IMG/VR virus record: IMGVR_UViG_3300045988_056175
Origin: a virus
Reading direction: 5' to 3' (one strand)
DNA: 43,335 nt
A program made the translations under genes and the position numbers. This document shows positions 1 to 6,415 of the stretch, piece by piece (positions within the stretch are counted from its first letter, which is position 1; every line of letters begins with the position of its first letter). The notes under the pieces are model-generated. The model did no database searches, had not been told where the DNA came from, and was given only the letters and a program-made list of their open reading frames with translations.

Positions 1-119
1 CAGCCACACGGAGTAGTTATCTTCCATCGGTTGCGCCCTCCTCATAGGCGGTATGAGCGGCTACCCATTTCTGGTTCAGAAGCTGCTTCTGCTGCTTGAT
101 TTGGCGGTTCAGGTCCTCG
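1..119. repeat. Terminal direct repeat, copy 1 (identical to 43217-43335)
   Basis: Base-by-base comparison: cagccacacggagtagttatcttccatcgg...cggttcaggtcctcg occurs at both ends of the window. This is the usual signature of a circular or terminally redundant assembly. Confidence 0.95.
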
Positions 120-334
120 ATCAGTTCCCGCTGGCGGAAGATGGTCAGCCGAAGGGTAGTGGGGCTTGCGCCGGTTGGAATCTGCGCTTTCAGGTAGCAG
201 CACTTTTCTTTCAGAGCCTGAATCCGCTTTGCCTGAGCGGCATTGGCATCCTTCAGGTGGGAAATTTTAATCAGCGCACCCACCAGAGCGCACCCGCAAG
301 CCGCAAGGCTAGCGGTCAAAGCAAGTTCAACCAT
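17..334 (-). CDS. Membrane-anchored coiled-coil protein (hypothetical, early operon)
   Basis: 105-aa ORF with ATG at 334 and AGGAGG upstream. It has an N-terminal hydrophobic helix (LALTASLAACGCALVGALI) followed by a K/Q/L-rich helical segment. Its 3' end lies inside the terminal repeat. Confidence 0.6.
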   Translation of the reverse strand: MVELALTASLAACGCALVGALIKISHLKDANAAQAKRIQALKEKCCYLKAQIPTGASPTTLRLTIFRQRELIEDLNRQIKQQKQLLNQKWVAAHTAYEEGATDGR

Positions 335-539
335 TTTCTCGATTCCTCCTATCGATTCTTTCCATGATTTCCGGGTTAGTCCGCCGGATGCTCCGGGAAA
401 AGGACTGCACGGCCGGTTCCAGCAATGCCCGGAGTTTTTCCGGCGTGTCGCTCATGGGGCCGGTGTACAGCTTGCCGATTCCATACTCGCATTCATAGGT
501 TCCCAGCAGCTTCCGGCCCTCTCTGCTGAACTTCTCCAT
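327..539 (-). CDS. Hypothetical early protein (70 aa)
   Basis: Internal ATG at 539 (MEKFSREGRK...) is preceded by GGGGAGGG with a 6-nt spacer. The ORF overlaps the next ORF by 8 nt. Confidence 0.55.
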   Translation of the reverse strand: MEKFSREGRKLLGTYECEYGIGKLYTGPMSDTPEKLRALLEPAVQSFSRSIRRTNPEIMERIDRRNRENG

Positions 540-553
540 TGTCAGCCCTCCCC

Positions 554-778
554 TTAGATTGCGTTTTCGCAACTTCTAATGCAAAAAAAATACTGGTGAA
601 CTTGGTCGATTGCGATTTCAAGGACGGAACAAGCTTTTTCGATTTCCGGCGTTGTCCAGTCAGAGGCACCGTTAAGTTTCTTGCTCAGTGTCGATGCGTC
701 AATACCAATCGCTTCCGCAAATGCGGCCTGAGTAGCAAACTTTTCCCTGATTCTGCCTCTAAGTTTTGCGTAACTCAT
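554..778 (-). CDS. XRE-family helix-turn-helix regulator (Cro/Aca-like)
   Basis: 74 aa with an HTH signature (QAAFAEAIGIDASTLSKKLNG). AGGAGA RBS. It is the fifth gene of the early operon. Confidence 0.8.
   Translation of the reverse strand: MSYAKLRGRIREKFATQAAFAEAIGIDASTLSKKLNGASDWTTPEIEKACSVLEIAIDQVHQYFFCIRSCENAI
559..572. promoter_or_regulatory. Operator-like palindrome TTGCGTTTTCGCAA (copy a of 4)
   Basis: Same 14-bp TTGC-N6-GCAA dyad as at 1701, 1823 and 1865. The flanking 13-mer TTTTCGCAACTTC is identical to 1706-1718. Confidence 0.45.
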
Positions 779-859
779 TTTTCATTTCTCCTTCCTGGTC
801 TGCCATCATCAGTGCCGGGAGACCATCCCCGGCAGACGGCCCGTTCAGGCCGTTTCGGC

Positions 860-1057
860 TCATTGAAATTCGTTCTTTGTTGTAGACATCACGATTTGCC
901 CGGTTTCAATGTCCATCGCACGGTAAAGGTATTTGTAGCTGTGGCGGTGCGCCCTCATCAGGAATAAGGCGGTGTACTTGTAGTCATCACTCTTAATGCT
1001 GCCAACCACAGTTTCGATTTCGCCATCAACCAGAATGGCCTGAACCAGATATTTCAT
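860..1057 (-). CDS. Hypothetical small early protein (65 aa)
   Basis: ATG at 1057 (MKYLVQAILVDG...) with AAAGGAG 8 nt upstream. The longer track ORF has no RBS. Confidence 0.55.
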   Translation of the reverse strand: MKYLVQAILVDGEIETVVGSIKSDDYKYTALFLMRAHRHSYKYLYRAMDIETGQIVMSTTKNEFQ

Positions 1058-1071
1058 TATTGATTCTCCTT

Positions 1072-1233
1072 TCAGAACGGGAGGGCATCCGGCATCAGAA
1101 AGTGATACCAGATTTTGAAGTTCTTGCGATTGCGCTTGTAAAAGTCCAGCGCTTCGCCCCATGTGTTGAATTCATACCCTTGGGGCAGTTTGCACGGGTC
1201 AGCCTTCCAAATGCCTACGATGTACGGTTTCAT
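1072..1233 (-). CDS. Hypothetical small early protein (53 aa)
   Basis: ATG at 1233 (MKPYIVGIWK...) with GGGGGA 8 nt upstream. Confidence 0.5.
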   Translation of the reverse strand: MKPYIVGIWKADPCKLPQGYEFNTWGEALDFYKRNRKNFKIWYHFLMPDALPF

Positions 1234-1237
1234 GAAC

Positions 1238-1459
1238 TTATTCCCCCTTCTGCGTAATGTCCAAATGTTCAAACATCTTCCGGCCCACGGTGAACAGGGT
1301 CATGTATTGCATATCCTGATAGGTGACGCTTACGTTGTCCACCTTCAGGACCTGGATTTCTCGCCCGTTCCGGTTGCCGATGAATTTCATTCCGACTTCG
1401 ATTTCCATGTGCTGCTTTCCTTTCTGGGCGGTTTTGCCGCCGCCCTTCGGCTTATTCAT
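1238..1459 (-). CDS. Hypothetical small early protein (73 aa)
   Basis: ATG at 1459 (MNKPKGGGK...) overlaps the upstream TAA stop (TAATG), which indicates translational coupling. Confidence 0.55.
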   Translation of the reverse strand: MNKPKGGGKTAQKGKQHMEIEVGMKFIGNRNGREIQVLKVDNVSVTYQDMQYMTLFTVGRKMFEHLDITQKGE

Positions 1460-1671
1460 TAAACAAGTTCCCAGCAAGACCAGAAGTCGTATTGCTCACC
1501 GTGTACGCTGATTTCGTTTCCTTCTTTAAAGTAGTTGGTCAGCCATTCTGAAAAAGCCTCCGGGCTGCCGCATTCATAGTTTTTGTTTTCAAGCCATCTG
1601 CGAAGGGAAGAAACGCTTGTGAAGGTTCTGCAAATTCCGTCTTCCAACTCAAATCCATAAAACTTTGTCAT
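1459..1671 (-). CDS. Hypothetical small early protein (70 aa), first gene after the early promoter
   Basis: ATG at 1671 with AGGAGG upstream. I recognise no family. Confidence 0.6.
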   Translation of the reverse strand: MTKFYGFELEDGICRTFTSVSSLRRWLENKNYECGSPEAFSEWLTNYFKEGNEISVHGEQYDFWSCWELV

Positions 1672-1700
1672 TTCAATTTCCTCCTGCCTGTCGGCTGATG

Positions 1701-1714
1701 TTGCCTTTTCGCAA
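1701..1714. promoter_or_regulatory. Operator-like palindrome TTGCCTTTTCGCAA (copy b)
   Basis: 14-bp dyad located in the 5' leader of the early operon. Confidence 0.45.
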
Positions 1715-1758
1715 CTTCCCGATTAAAAAAATAAGAGTTCTTGATATATTCCACTTGC

Positions 1759-1780
1759 GTGGTTGCGGTATCTCAACCAC
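1759..1780. promoter_or_regulatory. Inverted repeat GTGGTTG-N8-CAACCAC at the predicted early transcription start
   Basis: Perfect 7-bp arms lie directly downstream of the -10 box at 1787-1792. It could be an operator or a 5' RNA hairpin. Confidence 0.4.
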
Positions 1781-1786
1781 ACCGTT

Positions 1787-1814
1787 ATTATAGCGCAATA
1801 ATTTCAAATGTCAA
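1787..1814 (-). promoter_or_regulatory. Early (lytic) promoter, consensus sigma-70 type
   Basis: Read on the minus strand: TTGACA (1814-1809), 16-nt spacer, TATAAT (1792-1787). It is divergent from the repressor gene. Confidence 0.65.
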
Positions 1815-1822
1815 TAGCCTTT

Positions 1823-1836
1823 TTGCGGTTTCGCAA
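1823..1836. promoter_or_regulatory. Operator-like palindrome TTGCGGTTTCGCAA (copy c)
   Basis: Lies between the two divergent promoters. Confidence 0.45.
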
Positions 1837-1864
1837 TATTTTTTTCTGGAAGCGCATTTTCCTG

Positions 1865-1893
1865 TTGCAAAATCGCAATTCTTATGGTAAAAT
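1865..1893 (+). promoter_or_regulatory. Repressor-gene promoter overlapping operator copy d (TTGCAAAATCGCAA, 1865-1878)
   Basis: TTGCAA (1865-1870), 17-nt spacer, TAAAAT (1888-1893), about 30 nt upstream of the repressor start. Confidence 0.55.
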
Positions 1894-1924
1894 TTCCTTA
1901 TCCTGTTGAAAGGAAGTGATTAAG

Positions 1925-2296
1925 ATGAACAGTTGGGACCGTGTTTCAACTCCTGCTATCAGAATCAGGGAAGCTATGGACAGAGCAGGGAAGAAACAAA
2001 TAGACCTTGTAAATGAAACGGGACTGCAAAAAAGTGCTATTAGCAGGTATATTTCCGGGGAATATGAGCCGAAACAAACGGCATTATATAAGATTGGAAA
2101 GGCTTTGGATGTATCGGAAATGTGGCTTGCCGGGTATGACATCCCTATGGAAAGGCCACAGAGCCAAAAAAACAACGATGCCATTTCGGACATCGTTGTG
2201 AGGTTGCGAACAGACGAAAACTTTCTGCTTGCTGTGGAGAAGATATACGCTTTTTCCCCGGATAAGCTGGAAAGTTTCTTACATTTGCTGGACTGA
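1925..2296 (+). CDS. CI-like XRE-family repressor without a peptidase domain
   Basis: HTH segment QIDLVNETGLQKSAISRYISGEYEP. ATG at 1925 follows AAAGGAAG. The gene is divergent from the early operon. No S24 Ser/Lys domain is present. Confidence 0.8.
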   Translation: MNSWDRVSTPAIRIREAMDRAGKKQIDLVNETGLQKSAISRYISGEYEPKQTALYKIGKALDVSEMWLAGYDIPMERPQSQKNNDAISDIVVRLRTDENFLLAVEKIYAFSPDKLESFLHLLD

Positions 2297-2297
2297 T

Positions 2298-2408
2298 TCA
2301 AATGCTTTTCATAAGGATTTGGAGAATGAGGTCAAGCAAATCAAGATCACTGCATTTTTCCAGCAGTTCGATGATTTCTTTAATGTATTCTTCCTTCTGA
2401 TTTGCCAT
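2298..2408 (-). CDS. Small ORF (36 aa) convergent on the repressor gene
   Basis: Not in the ORF track because it is under 60 aa. ATG at 2408 with AAAGGAG 6 nt upstream. Translation: MANQKEEYIKEIIELLEKCSDLDLLDLILQILMKSI. Its stop is 1 nt from the repressor stop. Confidence 0.4.
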   Translation of the reverse strand: MANQKEEYIKEIIELLEKCSDLDLLDLILQILMKSI

Positions 2409-2523
2409 GGCGGGGCTCCTTTCAGTTGTGCAATATTGCGGGTAGCGTCTTTATGTACATCGGAATTTTAACACCATAAGGAATTTTCAGGCAACTGGTA
2501 AATCAAGCCACATTTGAAGAAAT

Positions 2524-2554
2524 GCCCGGCCACCGTGCCACCGAATGGCCGGGC
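2524..2554. other. GC-rich hairpin in a 290-nt non-coding gap
   Basis: GCCCGGCCA-N13-TGGCCGGGC, a perfect 9-bp stem. There is no clear U-run on either strand. Confidence 0.35.
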
Positions 2555-2697
2555 GTAGCAGATACCTGAGTTGCAGCCCCTAACCTGCTATGGCCTTATC
2601 ATATATTGGTAAAGCCGTAAAGTAAATAACCGAACGGGAATGATCTATCCCGTGAGGGGATAAACCTATGTCGGATTGAAATAATGGGGGAAATTTT

Positions 2698-3303
2698 ATG
2701 GAAAAGCAGACGATTATCCAGCAAATCCAGCCAAATTGCGACAATCTCTATAAGTGCATCCGGAAAGCAACGCTTGAACAGCATAAGACACACCGGGACA
2801 TTGTGGAGAATACCGGCGTGGCCCGGTCTACCGTAGCAAAGTTCCTTTCCGGAGGGATTTCTAATCCGACTGTGTTCTTCGTTTCTGCCCTTTGCATCTA
2901 TCTGGGGCTATCCCTGGATGAACTTATGGGAATCGCCCCACCACAGGCTCCCCAGGATGAAACGGCCGTGGAAATTGCAGAATTGAAGGGCCAGCTTGCC
3001 AAAGCTGAAGCGGAAGCTGCCCTGCTCCGGGAGCATAACAAGCGGCTGGAAGCCGGAATTGCAGAACGGAAGCCGATTATTTACGGCCTTGCGGGTCTGT
3101 GCATCTTCCTGGCCCTGGTATTTGTGGCGTATCTGTTTGTGGATGTGTCGGACGCTGACCATGGCTTTATCCGGAATAATCAGGTTTCCCCTACATTGAT
3201 CATCTTGATATTGGCAATCGTAGTGACGGCCCTTGGCACGGCCCACAGTATCGCAAAACGAAAAGCAGCAATGAAAAGGAATGGTGAACATGACAGCAAC
3301 TGA
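2698..3303 (+). CDS. Membrane-anchored XRE-family HTH protein
   Basis: N-terminal HTH (HRDIVENTGVARSTVAKFLSG), a coiled coil (AELKGQLAKAEAEAALLREHNKRLEAG) and two hydrophobic helices (IIYGLAGLCIFLALVFVAYLFV, TLIILILAIVVTALGTA). It overlaps the integrase start. Confidence 0.75.
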   Translation: MEKQTIIQQIQPNCDNLYKCIRKATLEQHKTHRDIVENTGVARSTVAKFLSGGISNPTVFFVSALCIYLGLSLDELMGIAPPQAPQDETAVEIAELKGQLAKAEAEAALLREHNKRLEAGIAERKPIIYGLAGLCIFLALVFVAYLFVDVSDADHGFIRNNQVSPTLIILILAIVVTALGTAHSIAKRKAAMKRNGEHDSN

Positions 3304-4870
3304 CGAAATGATAAAAAAGGCTTGTAATAAGTACAAAAAGACACGGTATGCCATGTATTTACGGAAGTCCCGTGCTGACCTGGAACTGGAAGCCATGGGA
3401 GAAGAAGAGACCCTGGCCCGTCACAAAGCCATGCTGTTCTCCCTTGCGGCAAAGCATGAGATTCACCCGGATCAGATTACCATATACCATGAACTGGTAT
3501 CCGGTGACAGCATAGATGAACGTCCGGAAATGCAGCGGCTTCTGGCAGACGTGTACGCCAAAACCTACGCCGGTGTGCTGGTGGTAGAGGTGGAACGGCT
3601 GGCCCGTGGCAATACGAAGGACCAGGGCGAAGTTGCTGACGCTTTCCAGGCCAGCAATACACACATCATCACCCCGGCGAAGGTCTATGACCCGAACAAT
3701 GAATTTGACCAGGAATATTTTGAATTCGGCCTGTTTATGAGCCGCCGGGAGTACAAGACCATCAAACGCCGTCTGGAAGCCGGGAAGAAACAGTCCGTCA
3801 TGGAGGGGAATTATATTCTTCCGCAGCGGGTGTTCGGTTATGACATTCTCCGGACAACAAAAAAAGACCGGACTTTGATAATCCGGCCTGAAGAAGCAAA
3901 ATATGTGAAGATGATATTCGATTGGCACATAAAAGAAAAACGTGCCACCGGCTGGATGGCCCGTCAAATGACACTGATGGGCATACCCACCACAAAAGGC
4001 CGTCCGGAATGGAACCGTGGCACTATCCGGGATATGCTGGCAAATCCCATCTATGCCGGGAAAGTCACCTGGGGCAAACGCAGGACCGTCAAAGAATATG
4101 ATCCTGAACTTGGGAAGCTGGTGAAGGTTATCAAAGAGGACGGCCAAATGGAAATCTATGAGGGCAAGCATGAGGGCATTATCAGCGAAGAAGAATTTGC
4201 AGAGGCCCAGCGTGTCACGGAGACCATGAAGAACCCGTCTGCGAAGGTCAGCACGGGACTGAAAAACCCGTTTGCCGGGTTAATGGAATGCTGCACTTGT
4301 GGCCGGAACATCATTGCAATGACCTACAATGACGGGCGCAGGGCAAGGCTTTCCCATGCCCGTGATACCATTTGCACGAAAAAGTCCCTTCCGATTGATG
4401 AGGTTTCCGAAGTGTTTATCAGCACCCTTCAGGCATATATAGAGGACTTCCGGACGAAGATGGAAATTGACGATAACAAGGACGAAATGGAAGCCTTCAA
4501 GGCCCGTCTGAACGCCATGGAAACGGAACTGGAAAAACTGGAACGGAAGCGGAAGAACCTGTTTGCCGATTACGAAGATGGCATCTACACCAGGGACGAA
4601 TTCCTGGAACGGAAGCTGCACTACAATGAGAAGATCGACAATACAAAAAAACAGATTCAGGAAGCCCGGAAAAGCACTCCTGAACCTGTTGATTACTCTG
4701 AACAAATCTCAAACCTGCATGCAATGATTGACTGCATGAAAGATGATGGTCTGTCCGTCAAGCAGAAAAACGACTTCCTGAAACAGTTCATTTCAAAAAT
4801 CACCTACGATTCCATTAGCTACGGTCAGCGTAGGGGAGGAAAAGCTATCCTGGAAGTGTTCTTGAAGTAG
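3281..4870 (+). CDS. int: Large serine recombinase (integrase)
   Basis: N-terminal resolvase-type motif YLRKSRADLE, a recombinase domain, a Cys-rich zinc-ribbon segment (CCTCGRN...HARDTIC) and a C-terminal coiled coil. ATG at 3281 or 3290. Confidence 0.93.
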   Translation: MVNMTATDEMIKKACNKYKKTRYAMYLRKSRADLELEAMGEEETLARHKAMLFSLAAKHEIHPDQITIYHELVSGDSIDERPEMQRLLADVYAKTYAGVLVVEVERLARGNTKDQGEVADAFQASNTHIITPAKVYDPNNEFDQEYFEFGLFMSRREYKTIKRRLEAGKKQSVMEGNYILPQRVFGYDILRTTKKDRTLIIRPEEAKYVKMIFDWHIKEKRATGWMARQMTLMGIPTTKGRPEWNRGTIRDMLANPIYAGKVTWGKRRTVKEYDPELGKLVKVIKEDGQMEIYEGKHEGIISEEEFAEAQRVTETMKNPSAKVSTGLKNPFAGLMECCTCGRNIIAMTYNDGRRARLSHARDTICTKKSLPIDEVSEVFISTLQAYIEDFRTKMEIDDNKDEMEAFKARLNAMETELEKLERKRKNLFADYEDGIYTRDEFLERKLHYNEKIDNTKKQIQEARKSTPEPVDYSEQISNLHAMIDCMKDDGLSVKQKNDFLKQFISKITYDSISYGQRRGGKAILEVFLK

Positions 4871-4888
4871 GGCAAATTCTTTTTGCCC
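4870..4888 (+). terminator. Weak hairpin after int
   Basis: GGGCAAA-ttctt-TTTGCCC directly after the stop codon. The U-run is poor. Confidence 0.4.
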
Positions 4889-4890
4889 TA

Positions 4891-4940
4891 TGTTAGTATC
4901 CTGCTCGTTCGACTTTAATCGAACCAGCATGATACTAACA
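4891..4940. other. Candidate attP: 50-bp imperfect palindrome next to the serine integrase
   Basis: TGTTAGTATCCTGCTCGTTCGA-cttaaa-type centre (CTTTAA)-TCGAACCAGCATGATACTAACA. The arms are 22 nt and match at 20 of 22 positions. No U-run follows on either strand. Confidence 0.45.
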
Positions 4941-5021
4941 AACAAAAAAAGCCTTGATACCACTAGAGATTTTAGCTTATTTCCGGTATCGTGTAAATAT
5001 CGAAAAGGGAGAGATTAAACC

Positions 5022-5270
5022 ATGGAAGATGAATTATTGAAAAATCTGATAGGCGAATATGTAAGGCAACAACAGGCAGCGCAAACCGAACGCCGTATTC
5101 GGGGCAGAAAGCCGGACGTGCTGGGCCACCTGGAAAAGCGGATGCTTTCCGGGGAGATCACAGAGGAAGAGTACAGGGTGAAGAAAACCCGGTACGTGGA
5201 TACCCTTTATGAACTGTACATCAAGGATATTATCTCCTATGAGGAATTACAGGGCAAAATAAACCGATAA
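5022..5270 (+). CDS. Small SHOCT-like protein (82 aa)
   Basis: GGGAGAG RBS. The segment LEKRMLSGEITEEEYRVKKTRY resembles the SHOCT short C-terminal motif. A terminator follows. Confidence 0.55.
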   Translation: MEDELLKNLIGEYVRQQQAAQTERRIRGRKPDVLGHLEKRMLSGEITEEEYRVKKTRYVDTLYELYIKDIISYEELQGKINR

Positions 5271-5276
5271 TATACG

Positions 5277-5308
5277 AAGGTGGTGGCAGAATGTCACCAC
5301 CTTATTTT
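5277..5308 (+). terminator. Rho-independent terminator
   Basis: AAGGTGGTG-N9-CACCACCTT followed by ATTTT. Confidence 0.7.
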
Positions 5309-5323
5309 CGTCATTTTGCCAGA

Positions 5324-5352
5324 TTGATTTTCCTTTATCCCCATTATAGAAT
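5324..5352 (+). promoter_or_regulatory. Promoter of the accessory gene at 5386
   Basis: TTGATT (5324-5329), 17-nt spacer, TAGAAT (5347-5352). Confidence 0.5.
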
Positions 5353-5385
5353 ATTTCCACTTTGTATCTTGAATGGGGGATTTCT

Positions 5386-6048
5386 ATGTGGTTCTTTGAC
5401 CTTTTCAAAAAAAGGCGAAAAGAAGCCGTTCTGAATGAATTAGAAAAAGCTGATGACCTTGGTTCTATTGCAAAAATACTCGCTGAAAATGATTTGATTT
5501 CGCCAACGGACGATGCTCACAATTCGTTTGGTGACGATTTAAACCACTTGACCGAATCTGGGGATTTACCTTTCGGGTGGGTAGCTTATAATTCCGAGTT
5601 TACAGAGCGGCAGGAAAAGCGAATTGATTCAAAATGGAACGCTGTTGCTTCTGCTTCTTCAGCATCAGCGAAACTCAGCGCATTCAATGAATACTTCGAT
5701 ACTGTATCGAAGGTCGGAAAAGTATGTAAAAGAGCCGGAGAATGCCACTATAAATGGTTCTGCGAAGACATTATTGATTCTCAATGGTATAACGACCAAT
5801 TAGCAAAATATGAACGTTTCAAGGCCGAAGCCCCCGCTTTAATTAGACGTGATGAATTGCTGCCAACGCTTGAAGCTGACGTAATGCGCAAGTTACAAGA
5901 TTGTCACGGAATCTTGCAATCCGATTTTCTCAAACTATTTGACCCGGTTATAAAAAAGGATATTTCTGAGTTTTTATATAATGCAGAAAAAGCAGGAAGA
6001 ATAAAGAGAACTAAATCTGGGCGAAGTTACATCATTGAACTGAAATAA
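5386..6048 (+). CDS. Accessory (moron) protein of unknown function, 220 aa
   Basis: ATG at 5386 after GGGGGA; the TTG start in the track has no RBS. The gene is AT-rich: I counted 21 G+C in 5401-5460. It has its own promoter and terminator. The C-terminus looks winged-helix-like (ISEFLYNAEKAGRIKRTKSGRSYIIEL). Confidence 0.7.
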   Translation: MWFFDLFKKRRKEAVLNELEKADDLGSIAKILAENDLISPTDDAHNSFGDDLNHLTESGDLPFGWVAYNSEFTERQEKRIDSKWNAVASASSASAKLSAFNEYFDTVSKVGKVCKRAGECHYKWFCEDIIDSQWYNDQLAKYERFKAEAPALIRRDELLPTLEADVMRKLQDCHGILQSDFLKLFDPVIKKDISEFLYNAEKAGRIKRTKSGRSYIIELK

Positions 6049-6051
6049 AAA

Positions 6052-6084
6052 GCGGGGTGGCATTTCTGCCGCCCCGCCTTTCTT
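6052..6084. terminator. Bidirectional terminator between convergent genes
   Basis: GCGGGGTGGC-N6-GCCGCCCCGC, flanked by an A-run upstream and a T-rich run downstream. Confidence 0.7.
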
Positions 6085-6226
6085 AGTCCTCTATGTCGCT
6101 CTGAGTATCTTCAATCAGAGCGTCCACCAGCTTTTCCGCTCTTTCGTAATCCTTCGCCTTTAATGCCTCCCTTATGTCCTTCAAATCCCTTACAAGTTTC
6201 CTCAGATAACTTTTGAACACTGCCAT
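6083..6226 (-). CDS. Small ORF (47 aa), divergent partner of the RHH gene
   Basis: Hand-translated: MAVFKSYLRKLVRDLKDIREALKAKDYERAEKLVDALIEDTQSDIED. AGGAAGG lies 7 nt upstream of the ATG at 6226. Confidence 0.55.
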   Translation of the reverse strand: MAVFKSYLRKLVRDLKDIREALKAKDYERAEKLVDALIEDTQSDIED

Positions 6227-6281
6227 TTTTGTACCTTCCTTTGTTGTTTATTATCAAGTGGTTTCCCTCTCGACTGTCTAT

Positions 6282-6310
6282 ATTATACTACACTTAATAA
6301 GTGTACGCAA
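6282..6310 (-). promoter_or_regulatory. Promoter of the 47-aa ORF with a palindromic operator in its spacer
   Basis: Minus strand: TTGCGT (6310-6305), 17-nt spacer, TATAAT (6287-6282). The spacer is the palindrome TACACTTAATAAGTGTA (6289-6305). Confidence 0.55.
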
Positions 6311-6330
6311 CCCGGAATATTCACCAAAGA

Positions 6331-6372
6331 TACACTTATTAAATTGTGCATATTGTACACTTGTTAAGTGCA
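6331..6372. promoter_or_regulatory. Two further ACACTT-N-AAGTG operator-like repeats
   Basis: TACACTTATTAAATTGTG (6331-6348, imperfect) and TACACTTGTTAAGTGCA (6356-6372). The second overlaps the -35 of the RHH promoter. Confidence 0.5.
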
Positions 6373-6389
6373 TAATAGTGTGATATAAT
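6361..6389 (+). promoter_or_regulatory. Promoter of the RHH gene
   Basis: TTGTTA (6361-6366), 17-nt spacer, TATAAT (6384-6389). Confidence 0.55.
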
Positions 6390-6415
6390 ATCGGCAATCT
6401 AAGGAGGTGTTCCAA

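Noticed and set aside
2599-2793. 64-aa minus-strand ORF overlapping the start of the membrane-anchored XRE gene
   Set aside because: It has no RBS, overlaps a better-supported plus-strand gene and has an odd composition.
3359-4171. 270-aa minus-strand ORF inside the integrase gene
   Set aside because: It is antisense to the clearly conserved serine recombinase, has no RBS and has an implausible composition.
4891-4940. The 50-bp palindrome as the intrinsic terminator of int
   Set aside because: No U-run follows it on either strand, and a separate small hairpin sits directly after the int stop. It is kept as an attP candidate instead, although a structural or terminator role cannot be excluded.
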